DNA of 64,000 bases from an uncultured Methanosarcinales archaeon (GTDB taxonomy: Archaea > Nanobdellota > Nanobdellia > Woesearchaeales > ARS49). The position numbers were made by a program, and so were the translations under genes. The stretch spans positions 518,424-582,423 of the forward strand of contig CAYGYR010000001.1 in assembly GCA_964354285.1 (NCBI GenBank), written 5' to 3'. Positions 46,839 through 56,134 of this stretch are shown here, piece by piece (position 1 is the first letter of the stretch; every line of letters begins with the position of its first letter). The notes under the pieces were generated by a model. The model did not search any database, had not been told where the DNA came from, and saw only the letters and a list, made by a program, of their open reading frames with translations.

Positions 46839-46953
46839 ATAACACTCACCCCCTTTGGTCTTTGGTGAACGGGCTAGGCGACTGGCTCGTGTGTGTTTTT
46901 CTTTGCCTTCATTATACCACCCCCAATCGAAATGAAGGCAAAAAAAACTTTTG

Positions 46954-46990
46954 CCCTCTCGCACACAGAGAGGGTTTTTTTCTTTTTTTT
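46954..46990 (+). terminator. Hairpin plus T-run terminator after ftsZ2
   Basis: CCCTCTC(gcacaca)GAGAGGG followed by TTTTTTTCTTTTTTTT. Confidence 0.55.
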
Positions 46991-47008
46991 AAGTAAGAAT
47001 ATAAAAAA

Positions 47009-47446
47009 ATGATAGAACCAACATCATATACGGACATCATAATCAGGCTTTTAGTAAGCTTAGCTTTAGGTGCAATTCTTGGTTTTGAAAGAGAGACAAA
47101 AGCGACAGCTGCGGGCCTAAGGACACACACACTTGTCGCCCTTGGCGCAACAATGTTCACTCTCGCATCAATATTCTTCGGCGGGCCAAATGTTGATATG
47201 TCAAGGATTGCCGGGCAGATAGTTGTTGGCATCGGCTTCATAGGCGCAGGAGTCATATACAAGTCAAAAGAGCATGTCTTTGGACTGTCAACAGCAGCAA
47301 GCTTATGGGTCGCTGCAGGACTAGGATTGCTTGCAGGGATTGGAGAATTTTTTGTCGGGACTGTCGCGCTTGTGTTGGCAATCATTGTTCTTGTCGGCGG
47401 GATTTACATAGAAAACAAAATGCTTCATAAGAAGAAGCCTAGCTAA
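47009..47446 (+). CDS. MgtC/SapB-family membrane protein
   Basis: LGAILGFERE signature and TM helices. Confidence 0.7.
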   Translation: MIEPTSYTDIIIRLLVSLALGAILGFERETKATAAGLRTHTLVALGATMFTLASIFFGGPNVDMSRIAGQIVVGIGFIGAGVIYKSKEHVFGLSTAASLWVAAGLGLLAGIGEFFVGTVALVLAIIVLVGGIYIENKMLHKKKPS

Positions 47447-47485
47447 GTTTTATAAATTAAGCAGATATATTCTTCATTATGCAAA

Positions 47486-47998
47486 GTGATTATCGGTGGC
47501 AATGATAGCAAACGACTTTCTTTAGATGCAACCATAGAAAAATTTGATGCCTGTTATAACTGTAAAGGTAATTGCTGCAAAACAAAACAAGTGGTTATTC
47601 CTCTCTCGGATTATGAATTTGAAGCAATCCCAAAAAAGTTGACTGCTATTTTTGAAGGATTTCCAATAATGCAAAGGACAGACAATGGTTGCAATGCACT
47701 GACAGAAAAAGGATGCTCGATATTTGATATAAGACCTTTTTATTGCAGAATGTATCCTATAAAAATAGTCCCTGTAGGCAAGTCAGATCTATGGGATTCT
47801 TACCATATCGATGGATTTGCGTTTGTATTAAATCATTGTGGCGGGAGAGAGATAGATTTTGCAACTAATATAGAGAAAATACTGAAAGAGTTAGAAAAAG
47901 ATAAAGTTTATTTCAATAGGCTTTATGAGGTAACAAGAAAGTATGAAGAATTAGTAATTTATTTTGATGATTATGCTGCATATACATTGATTGAGTAA
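47486..47998 (+). CDS. YkgJ-family (UPF0153) Cys-cluster protein
   Basis: CYNCKGNCCK motif and CRMYP. Confidence 0.5.
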   Translation: MIIGGNDSKRLSLDATIEKFDACYNCKGNCCKTKQVVIPLSDYEFEAIPKKLTAIFEGFPIMQRTDNGCNALTEKGCSIFDIRPFYCRMYPIKIVPVGKSDLWDSYHIDGFAFVLNHCGGREIDFATNIEKILKELEKDKVYFNRLYEVTRKYEELVIYFDDYAAYTLIE

Positions 47999-48030
47999 CC
48001 TTTTTAAACCTAACTTGCCTTTAGGAGAAT

Positions 48031-48789
48031 ATGTTATATTTTATCGGCCTAGGATTGAATGATGAGAAAGACATCTCAGTCAGAGGGCTTGAGATAGCCA
48101 GGAAAGCAGATGTTGTTTATTTGGAAAACTATACTGCTGTTCTTAATTGTCATCTTAATTACCTGGAGAAGCTCTATGGCAAAAAACCAATACTTGCAGA
48201 CAGGGAGATGGTTGAGAAAAATCCAGAGCAGACAATCCTGAAAGATGCAAAAGACAAAGAGGTTGCATTCCTTGTTGTAGGAGACCCATTTGCAGCAACA
48301 ACACACATTGACCTTCTGATGAGAGCAGAGAAGATGAAGATAGAGACAAGGGTAGTGCATAATGCATCTGTGATGTCTGCAGTAGGGGTCACAGGGCTTC
48401 AGGTGTATAAGTTCGGCAAGACAACCAGTGTTCCTTTCCCTGAAAAAGGATTTGAGCCAGAGACGCCTTACGATGTGATTAAAGAAAATCAGAAAATAGG
48501 GCTTCATACATTGATACTTCTTGACTTAAGGCCGAAAGAGAGTAAATTCATGACAATAAATGATGCAATAAGCTACCTTCTTAAGATTGATTTAAGAAGA
48601 GGAGAGAGAGTATTTACAGGACAGACACTTTGTGTCGGATGTGCTAAGATTGGATCTTTAGATCAGAGGATAAAAGCAGGAAAAGCAAGCGAACTTCTGA
48701 AGTTTGATTTCGGTCCAGGGATGCAGTGCCTTATAGTTCCAGGCAAGATGCATTTTGTGGAGGAAGAAGCGGTTAGAAGATTTATGTGA
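48031..48789 (+). CDS. dph5: Diphthine synthase (Dph5)
   Basis: MLYFIGLGL...ADVVYLENYT tetrapyrrole-methylase-like N-terminus characteristic of Dph5. Confidence 0.85.
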   Translation: MLYFIGLGLNDEKDISVRGLEIARKADVVYLENYTAVLNCHLNYLEKLYGKKPILADREMVEKNPEQTILKDAKDKEVAFLVVGDPFAATTHIDLLMRAEKMKIETRVVHNASVMSAVGVTGLQVYKFGKTTSVPFPEKGFEPETPYDVIKENQKIGLHTLILLDLRPKESKFMTINDAISYLLKIDLRRGERVFTGQTLCVGCAKIGSLDQRIKAGKASELLKFDFGPGMQCLIVPGKMHFVEEEAVRRFM

Positions 48790-48809
48790 GTTCTGTTTTT
48801 TGTTTTTGT

Positions 48810-48936
48810 TAAATCCTTATTTGGGTGCTTCGCACAGAGACAATTGCATATTTGAGTATTTAAATCGGCAAAATATACTCGCGAAGCAGCTTTGCTGCTG
48901 AGTCTCACTGTCCGAAGGACCTCAGCAAGGATTTAC
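48810..48936 (+). repeat. ~127-nt structured element (copy B) with three hairpins and 9-bp terminal inverted repeats; candidate ncRNA or MITE-like repeat
   Basis: TAAATCCTT...AAGGATTTA ends; hairpins GTGCttcGCAC, AGCAGCtttGCTGCT, GTCCgaaGGAC; conserved GACAATTGCATAT block shared with the copy at 60789. Confidence 0.5.
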
Positions 48937-48966
48937 AAAAAAGTTTATATACTCCCTTACTAATAA

Positions 48967-49338
48967 TTGAGCTTTATGGCACTCAGCAAGAAGCACAAAT
49001 TTGTTCTTTATGCGCTTTACCAGTATCTTACTGAAGCAAATAAATTATTTACCCATCAGTCTCTTGAGATGTCTGTATCAAAGAGTGTCTTTATCGGAGC
49101 GCTGAAGAAGACAAAGATAGCTGACAAAAGCGAAAGGGCACTCTACAGGAACCTCGAGATTCTTGAAAAGAAGAAGCTGCTGACGTATGAGAACAAATTC
49201 CTGAAGCCGACTGAGAAAGGACTGAAACTGTTTGAGGCAATGAATCAGGAAATATTTCCATTCATACATGCGGTTGATGTAATAAAGAAAGATGCGCTGT
49301 CGATGAGCAAGAAAGCGCAGACTTATTTCAAGCAATAA
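48967..49338 (+). CDS. Hypothetical protein
   Basis: ORF only. Confidence 0.35.
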   Translation: MSFMALSKKHKFVLYALYQYLTEANKLFTHQSLEMSVSKSVFIGALKKTKIADKSERALYRNLEILEKKKLLTYENKFLKPTEKGLKLFEAMNQEIFPFIHAVDVIKKDALSMSKKAQTYFKQ

Positions 49339-49413
49339 TTATAGTAAACTTTAAAAGCCCTGGTTCTTAACTTTGTAATATGCTTGGCTATTGATTGCAA
49401 GCAGTTGATTAAC

Positions 49414-49486
49414 AGCCCCGTCGTCTAGTGGTTAAGGATAGCGGACTTTGGATCCGTTGACAGCGGTTCGAATCCGCTCGGGGCTA
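49414..49486 (+). tRNA. tRNA-Gln (TTG)
   Basis: Acceptor AGCCCCG/CGGGGCT, anticodon loop CTTTGGA, T-arm AGCGG-TTCGAAT-CCGCT. Confidence 0.8.
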
Positions 49487-49574
49487 TACTATTATTTTCT
49501 TAATAGCAATTTTAGTGGAATGAAACCGGCCTTTAGAATGTTTTATAAGTTTAAAGTCTTTATTTTAAAGAAAT

Positions 49575-50129
49575 ATGCAATTAGGAAAAACATTATGTGT
49601 AACCAATAGAAAAGATTGGCGTTCATGGCTTGCTAAAAATCATAATAAAGAAAAAGAAATTTGGCTAATTTATTATAGAAAATCATCTGGCAAGCCAAGG
49701 ATACCATACAATGATGCTGTTGAAGAAGCACTCTGTTATGGATGGATAGACAGCATTATCAAGTCTATTGATGAGGAAAAATTCGCCCAAAGATTTACGC
49801 CGCGAAGACCAAAAAGCGTGCTTTCAGAGCTGAATAAGGAACGTATCCATAGACTGATTGCAGATAAGAGTATGACTTCTAAAGGCCTTAATGCAGTCAG
49901 CCATGCATTCGATAAAAACCAGAAATTTACAATTGCCCCCTATATTTTGAAAAATCTTCAACAAGACCAGGAAGTTTGGAAAAACTTCCAGAACTTTCCT
50001 CATTCATACAAACGCATTCGTATCGGTTGGATAGCATCAGCTAGAACTCGCCCGAAACTTTTTAGTCAGAGATTAAAATATTTTCTAAAGATGACTGCAA
50101 AGAATAAAAAATATGGGATGATGCAGTAA
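49575..50129 (+). CDS. YdeI/OmpD-associated family protein (DUF1801-like)
   Basis: WRSWLAKNH...CYGWIDS...FTPRRPKS family pattern. Confidence 0.55.
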   Translation: MQLGKTLCVTNRKDWRSWLAKNHNKEKEIWLIYYRKSSGKPRIPYNDAVEEALCYGWIDSIIKSIDEEKFAQRFTPRRPKSVLSELNKERIHRLIADKSMTSKGLNAVSHAFDKNQKFTIAPYILKNLQQDQEVWKNFQNFPHSYKRIRIGWIASARTRPKLFSQRLKYFLKMTAKNKKYGMMQ

Positions 50130-50486
50130 TAAACTGACAGCAGTTATTTATTGAATTCTCTAAATATTGATTCCAGACTTATAATTCCCTCAGGTAAAGA
50201 AGGAACTCTCCTAGAGAAGGATTAGTTCCCCAAAAAGGGTCTCTGATTTTGCAGAGGTTTGGGCAGGGCTAATCTTTTTTTAAACCGCATCTTATCCAAG
50301 ATAATCTGCAGTATTTACGCCAGACTTCTAATATCTTTTCGAACAGATTTTACGAAATCTTTATAAAGGTTTATAGGCTATCGCATATAGCTTAAATTAG
50401 GAAAATACAAATATACGACTATAAATAATTTGGTTGATCAAATAAATTATGTTTGTTTTCTTCCGGATATTTAGAGATGAATTAAT

Positions 50487-51020
50487 ATGGCAAAATTATC
50501 ATTAAAAGGATATGAATTTGAAGATGTTATTGTTAAAGACTCTTTTAACAGAAGAGAGTTAGCCTTTGCAAATAACATAATACGCACTTTAAAACAGATT
50601 GGTGTTGATGAAGATCAAATAGAGGTTAGTCATGAAAATCTGCCCTTGACAAAAAAACCAGCTCGTGTTTCATGGTATCACAAAGAAAGGCACCATTATT
50701 ATAGTTATTCAGGAAAAAGATTTGTAGACAACCTGTTTGTAGTTAATAAAATTATTAGCTTAAGCGTACTTGATGTCATTGAAGCCAGAAAAAGCTATGA
50801 AGATTTTTCTCTAGATTTTTTAGAAGAAACAAATATAGAGGATAAAAGGAAAGAGGCCAGAGAATATTTTGGTCTTAAAGAGAATTTTACGATGGCGGAT
50901 GTTAATAATGCATATAAGCAGCTAGCCAAGGATTTACATCCAGACATGCCTAATGGGGATGGAGAGAAGTTTAAGAAATTAAATGAAGCCCACAAAATTC
51001 TTAAGAGAGAACTAACTTAA
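50487..51020 (+). CDS. J-domain protein with an uncharacterised N-terminal domain
   Basis: C-terminal J domain with YKQLAKDLHPDM (HPD motif). Confidence 0.6.
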   Translation: MAKLSLKGYEFEDVIVKDSFNRRELAFANNIIRTLKQIGVDEDQIEVSHENLPLTKKPARVSWYHKERHHYYSYSGKRFVDNLFVVNKIISLSVLDVIEARKSYEDFSLDFLEETNIEDKRKEAREYFGLKENFTMADVNNAYKQLAKDLHPDMPNGDGEKFKKLNEAHKILKRELT

Positions 51021-51074
51021 TTTTAATTATAAAAAACAACAAAGTTTATTAATTAAGTTATCTTTTTTTTAAAA

Positions 51075-51647
51075 ATGGATTTTAAAAACAATTGCAGGAA
51101 GTGCCCAAAAAACACGCATTGCTGCATTTTTAAAAACTCAGGATTTGTTTTTGTAGGCATCAAAGACGCAAGAACAATCAAGAAGCAAACTAAAAAAGAA
51201 TACTGCTTCTTTTTGGATTATTCACCAATTTCAAAAAAAATTGTTAATTGCTTAAAACACGATGATCCTGCTCTTGAAGGAAGATTAAGATATTCCCAAT
51301 TAGATAAAAATAACCGCATTCTCAGATTGAAAACCAAAAAAGACAGCAGATGCCTTTTCTTAAATAAGCATAACTTGTGTGATATCTATGGCATTAGGCC
51401 GAATATATGCAGAATATTCCCTTTTTGGGCAGTGAAGCTGATTAATGGCAAAATTAAGATTATACCTCACGATGTTCAATCTAAGTGCAAAATTATAACA
51501 GCATTAATTAAAAAACAAAGAGATAATATTGATGAAATTTTAAGTAGAAAAGAAAAAATCGAAATCAAGAAAACAGTTAGAAAGATTAAAGATGAGAATG
51601 TCTTCTATAAGAACAATATTCTGAAATTTATAAAAGATATAACCTGA
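51075..51647 (+). CDS. YkgJ-family Cys-cluster protein (paralog of 47486..47998)
   Basis: CRKCPKNTHCC and CRIFPF motifs. Confidence 0.45.
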   Translation: MDFKNNCRKCPKNTHCCIFKNSGFVFVGIKDARTIKKQTKKEYCFFLDYSPISKKIVNCLKHDDPALEGRLRYSQLDKNNRILRLKTKKDSRCLFLNKHNLCDIYGIRPNICRIFPFWAVKLINGKIKIIPHDVQSKCKIITALIKKQRDNIDEILSRKEKIEIKKTVRKIKDENVFYKNNILKFIKDIT

Positions 51648-51670
51648 CATAATGATGTTTCAAACCACAT

Positions 51671-53593
51671 TTACAAAATATCAACTAATTTTATGCACAT
51701 CTTTATCGCATCGCTGCAGTTGTCCATCTTTTTTGAAAGCTTATGGTCATTTGTTGCTTTTTTTACCTGCGAAACCTTGTCTAAAAGAGTCCTGTAAAAT
51801 CTCAATAAATCGCCTTCTGGCAATTGCGTGTTCTCAATCACCTTAAAGATATCCTCGCCATGAAAACAAGGATCGATTAATGCAGTCATTTTAATGATAT
51901 TATCAAAACGCTTTTCAGCCTTGAGATAATCATTTCCATTCAGTTTTGATTTTAATTTTTCTATTGATTTATCAGGATATACCTGTTTGAACTCCTCTTC
52001 TTCCCTGGATTCAAAACATATGCATGCTATCAGCAGCAGCAAATGGTATTCATCAAGATCCTCATAGAATTTGCCAAAGAATATCTCACCCATTAAAAAT
52101 TCATCACAATATATTTTTGATGCAAAAATCCCTTTTTCAGTGAGGCAATCATCTTTTAAATATCCTAGTTTAGTCAGCTTTTTCTTCAAATTATCAAAGG
52201 CATTATGGCTTTTCATATTCCTTCTCTTATCAAAGTTCTTGCCGTATCTCTGGTAAGAATCAAAGCTTTCGCATAATATCTCCGCAATTTCAGGAACAGT
52301 GTGCCTTTGGATCATATTTAATACTGTGTTAGGGGAAATCTTGAACTGCGAGTTTATCGGTTCAGTGTCTTTTGCGATCATCTTTTTAATCTTGTTATAC
52401 TCAAAATCATTCCTGTTTATCATAGGTATAACATATCCTATCTTGTCAATCCCCCTGCGCCCTGCGCGCCCCGCAATCTGGAAAAACTCTTTCGATGAAA
52501 TATATCTGAAATTAAATCCATCAAATTTCCGTAAAGTCTCAAAACAAACAGTCTTTGCAGGCATGTTAATCCCCACAGCAAATGTTTCAGTGGTATACAA
52601 AACTTTAATCAGGCCAAGAGAGAATAATTCCTCGACAATGTCTTTTAAAATCGGGATAAGGCCTGCATGATGAAATCCTATGCCCTTTGACAGTGTTTTT
52701 TTAAGGAGCATTGTTGATTTGAGAGTATTTATTTCCGGGGGCGATTCACTCAGCCTTTCTCTTACCATCTTGATTATTTCCAAATTAGTCTCAAATACGC
52801 CGCAAGTATAAAGCTCATCAGCCATCTTCTCGCATTTTGATCTTGAGAAACTGAAAAACAAGCATGGCAGTTTGTCATAAATATCCTTGATAAGCTCAAT
52901 ATGTGAAGCAGTTTTGATTCTTTTATGCCAATGCCTTGATTTTCCCATAACACTGTCATAATCAGGTATCTCTGCAATGTCTTTAATTTCATTAAGCGAG
53001 GATATGCCTAGCTCAAAATCATAAAAATTTGTTTTTAATGGCACGGGCCGTTCAGCATGCTCGATTACTTGAACCTTGTGATTTTTTATAACACTGATCC
53101 AGTCAGCAAATTCTCTTGCGTTGGGGATAGTTGCAGAAAGGCACAAAAATCTGGTGCTTGACTTTGAAAATATTATAGATTCTTCCCAAACATACCCTCT
53201 TTCAATATCACTAATAAAATGAATCTCATCAAAAATCACGTAAGAGATGTTCTTTATTATGTCATCATCTGACATAAGCATATTTCTATAAATCTCAGTA
53301 GTCATTATAAGAATAGTTGCACCAGGATTTTTCACAGTATCTCCTGTCAATAATCCTATATTCTCTTCACCGTAATCCTTGCAAAAATCTTTGTATTTTT
53401 GGTTTGAAAGCGCCTTGATTGGCGCAGTGTAGATAACTTTTATGCCCTTTTTGATATCGCGGCTGATAATATAATCAGCAATCAAGGTTTTTCCAGAACC
53501 TGTCGGAGCGCTCACTATCACAGAATAGTTTTTTTCAATTGCAATAATGGCTTCTTCCTGAAACTTGTCAAGCTGCAATCCCTTAAAAATCAT
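51671..53593 (-). CDS. Ski2-like DExH-box helicase
   Basis: Walker A APTGSGKT, DEIH box, HHAGL motif. Confidence 0.85.
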   Translation of the reverse strand: MIFKGLQLDKFQEEAIIAIEKNYSVIVSAPTGSGKTLIADYIISRDIKKGIKVIYTAPIKALSNQKYKDFCKDYGEENIGLLTGDTVKNPGATILIMTTEIYRNMLMSDDDIIKNISYVIFDEIHFISDIERGYVWEESIIFSKSSTRFLCLSATIPNAREFADWISVIKNHKVQVIEHAERPVPLKTNFYDFELGISSLNEIKDIAEIPDYDSVMGKSRHWHKRIKTASHIELIKDIYDKLPCLFFSFSRSKCEKMADELYTCGVFETNLEIIKMVRERLSESPPEINTLKSTMLLKKTLSKGIGFHHAGLIPILKDIVEELFSLGLIKVLYTTETFAVGINMPAKTVCFETLRKFDGFNFRYISSKEFFQIAGRAGRRGIDKIGYVIPMINRNDFEYNKIKKMIAKDTEPINSQFKISPNTVLNMIQRHTVPEIAEILCESFDSYQRYGKNFDKRRNMKSHNAFDNLKKKLTKLGYLKDDCLTEKGIFASKIYCDEFLMGEIFFGKFYEDLDEYHLLLLIACICFESREEEEFKQVYPDKSIEKLKSKLNGNDYLKAEKRFDNIIKMTALIDPCFHGEDIFKVIENTQLPEGDLLRFYRTLLDKVSQVKKATNDHKLSKKMDNCSDAIKMCIKLVDIL

Positions 53594-53688
53594 TTTAGAT
53601 TAAGAAAATGTACACCTATTTAAAGCTATCAAACAGATTTTCAGATCTGATGATTGCATAACAATTCTAGTTTTTTTAAGAATGAATA

Positions 53689-54918
53689 TTATCTTCTAAA
53701 ACTAGGCCTACGCCTGAATTTAGATTTAAAATCTCTGCGAAAAGGCCTTTGCTGTTTTGGTGCGGGCTTAGCAGCTGCGCCGACAGCATTTTTTGCATAT
53801 TCTGAATGGTATGCATGCTGCATAACCTCAATCTTTTGCCTAATCAGCTTTTCAATATCGCGAAGAAAATCTCTTTCATCTGCTGCGCAAAAAGAATACG
53901 CTGTGCCTTCTGCCCCTGCTCGTGCAGTCCTGCCTATCCTATGGACATAGCTTTCAGGCAGATTAGGAAGCTCAAAATTTATAACATGAGAAATACAGTC
54001 TATATCAATCCCGCGCGCAGCAATGTCTGTAGCAACCAACACTTGTATTTTTCCTGATTTGAAATCAGAAAGCGCCTGTGTTCGCGCATTTTGTGATTTA
54101 TTGCCATGAATTGCATCCACTTGGATGTTATTCTTGTGTAGATATAATGCAACTTTATTTGCACGATGCTTTGTGCGGGTAAACACTAAAACGCGGGTAA
54201 GATGCTCTTGCCTAAGAAGGTCCAATAACAGCTGTTCCTTAGCAGAAGAATCCACAAAAAAAACACATTGTTTTACACTTTCAACAAGGGTTGCTTGTGC
54301 TGCAGCCTCAACATGAACTGGATTTCTAAGAAGTGTTCCGGCAAGATCGCATATCTGAGGAGACATTGTTGCTGAGAAAAAAAGCGACTGGCGCTTTTGC
54401 GGCAATCTGGATATTATTTTTTTGATATCATTGATAAATCCCATATCAAGCATCCTATCAGCTTCATCTAAAACAAAAAATTCAATGTCTTTCAAGCTGA
54501 TTCGGCCTTGATTCATTAAATCAAGCAATCTGCCTGGTGTTGCGATAACAATATCAACACCCTTAGCCAGAGCATTAACCTGTGATCCTTGGCCAACACC
54601 CCCAAAAATGACAGTATGCTTAAATTTAAGAAACTCACCGTATGCAGAAAAACTTTCACCAATCTGTGCTGCAAGCTCCCTAGTTGGCGCAAGGACTAGT
54701 ACACGGATAGTTCGAGGATATTTTTCAGTCATCCTTTGAAGGATAGGCAATACAAATGCAGCAGTTTTGCCTGTTCCTGTTTGAGCTATGCCTATTAAAT
54801 CTCTCCCTTTCAAGAGATCAGGAATAGCTTTTGACTGTATTGGTGTCGGCTCAACATACCCCTGTTTGGCAATTGCCCTTTCAAGAGGCTCTATCAGATT
54901 TAGATTTTTAAATGACAT
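53689..54918 (-). CDS. DEAD-box ATP-dependent RNA helicase (RhlE-like) with a basic C-terminal tail
   Basis: Q-motif, [15 protein letters not shown] and HRIGRTAR motifs. Confidence 0.9.
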   Translation of the reverse strand: MSFKNLNLIEPLERAIAKQGYVEPTPIQSKAIPDLLKGRDLIGIAQTGTGKTAAFVLPILQRMTEKYPRTIRVLVLAPTRELAAQIGESFSAYGEFLKFKHTVIFGGVGQGSQVNALAKGVDIVIATPGRLLDLMNQGRISLKDIEFFVLDEADRMLDMGFINDIKKIISRLPQKRQSLFFSATMSPQICDLAGTLLRNPVHVEAAAQATLVESVKQCVFFVDSSAKEQLLLDLLRQEHLTRVLVFTRTKHRANKVALYLHKNNIQVDAIHGNKSQNARTQALSDFKSGKIQVLVATDIAARGIDIDCISHVINFELPNLPESYVHRIGRTARAGAEGTAYSFCAADERDFLRDIEKLIRQKIEVMQHAYHSEYAKNAVGAAAKPAPKQQRPFRRDFKSKFRRRPSFRR

Positions 54919-55010
54919 TTTAGTTTTTTATAAATTAATAAGCATGCTTTATGCTTTTAAAGGTATGGTTTATTAAGGTATGCAATTAAATTATTCAGTA
55001 TTCACATATA

Positions 55011-55034
55011 CAGCCCTGTGGTGTAGCAGCCAAG
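55011..55034 (+). other. Orphan duplicate of the tRNA-Gln(CTG) 5' segment
   Basis: AGCCCTGTGGTGTAGCAGCCAAGC versus the tRNA 5' end AGCCCTGTAGTGTAGTGGCCAA (20 of 22 identical); intron-like TATTCAG lies just upstream. Confidence 0.5.
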
Positions 55035-55073
55035 CAATAAATATTTATACCTTTTCTTCTATCCAATTCACTT

Positions 55074-55979
55074 GTGAGAGTCCAATTTAAATCATCAAAA
55101 CAAAGAGAAGTAATTCTGAATTTTAAACAGAATACTGATTTAACTTGGCAAGAACTTGCGGATTATTTGCATGTCAGAAAATCAGCATTATTAACCTGGT
55201 ATCATGAAAAAACTTTGTTGCCGTATGCAATATACATAATATTAGATAAAAAAGGACTGTTCAAAGAGCACATTCTAGAACTTAAAAATGATTGTTGGGG
55301 CCAAAGCAAAGGAGGAATTGCATCAACAGGAACAACAAAAGAAATATCCTTGCCAAGGCCTTGTACAGATTTAGCTGAATTAATCGGCATTGTATTAGGT
55401 GATGGTAATATCCATGAATACATTCAGACTAAAAAAATTAGGACATATATGCTAAGAATAGCGGGAGATTCGAGAAAAGACAGAAATTATCTTGTGACTT
55501 ATGTTGCTCCGCTCTGCGAATGCTTGTTTTCAATCCAGCCAAAATTTTTATATCAAAAACAGAGCAATGAGCTTTTTGTTATATTACACAGCAAGAAAAT
55601 CATTGAGTTCTTTAAAAAAATGGGCTTAACGCCAGGTAACAAAATCAAGAATCGATTAAATATTCCTGGCTGGGTACTCGAAGATGAGACATATCTTCGA
55701 GCATGTTTGCGTGGTTTAATAGATACAGACGGATCTATTTTCAGAATGTCAAATAGAGATCCGCAATTATTGAGAATTAATTTTAGAAATGTAAATAGCT
55801 CTTTGCTTGAAACTGTTTATAAGTCTTTTATTACGTTAGGATTTAAACCGGCACTTGCAAATAATGTAGTTTACTTATCTAGGAAGCAAGATATAGTAAA
55901 CTTTTTAAAAGGCATAGGTTTTTCTAATAGTAAGCATAGGTTAAGGCTTAAGAAGTTCAAAGGCAGCCCTGTAGTGTAG
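55074..55979 (+). CDS. Free-standing double-motif LAGLIDADG homing endonuclease with an N-terminal HTH-like region
   Basis: LIGIVLGDGNI and LRGLIDTDGSIF motifs; the last 15 nt overlap the tRNA-Gln 5' end. Confidence 0.8.
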   Translation: MRVQFKSSKQREVILNFKQNTDLTWQELADYLHVRKSALLTWYHEKTLLPYAIYIILDKKGLFKEHILELKNDCWGQSKGGIASTGTTKEISLPRPCTDLAELIGIVLGDGNIHEYIQTKKIRTYMLRIAGDSRKDRNYLVTYVAPLCECLFSIQPKFLYQKQSNELFVILHSKKIIEFFKKMGLTPGNKIKNRLNIPGWVLEDETYLRACLRGLIDTDGSIFRMSNRDPQLLRINFRNVNSSLLETVYKSFITLGFKPALANNVVYLSRKQDIVNFLKGIGFSNSKHRLRLKKFKGSPVV

Positions 55980-56072
55980 TGGCCAAATTTTTATTCAGCG
56001 TATGCTGAATAGAAAGGCTAGGCATGATTGGCTCTGGACCAATCGACGGCGGTTCGAATCCGCCCGGGGCTA
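55965..56072 (+). tRNA. tRNA-Gln (CTG) with a non-canonical intron of about 35 nt in the D-loop region
   Basis: Acceptor AGCCCTG/CGGGGCT, anticodon stem ATTGG/CCAAT with loop CTCTGGA, T-arm GGCGG-TTCGAAT-CCGCC; extra segment ATTTTTATTCAGCGTATGCTGAATAGAAAGGCT after GTGTAGTGGCCAA. Confidence 0.6.
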
Positions 56073-56134
56073 TTATTTATTCTGTATCAAAAGATGAGCA
56101 ACTTGGTAGAGATGTCCTGACAGGGATATTCTGA

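Noticed and set aside
48810-48936. 5S rRNA interpretation of the ~125-nt elements
   Set aside because: 5S universal motifs (CCCGAACAC, GGGAGTACTGG-like loop E) are absent, and the two copies are too divergent for rRNA paralogs.
50130-50486. 355-bp intergenic region as SRP or RNase P RNA
   Set aside because: It has some stems and a terminal T-run, but I could not find the conserved SRP domain IV or RNase P P4 signatures. It remains unassigned.
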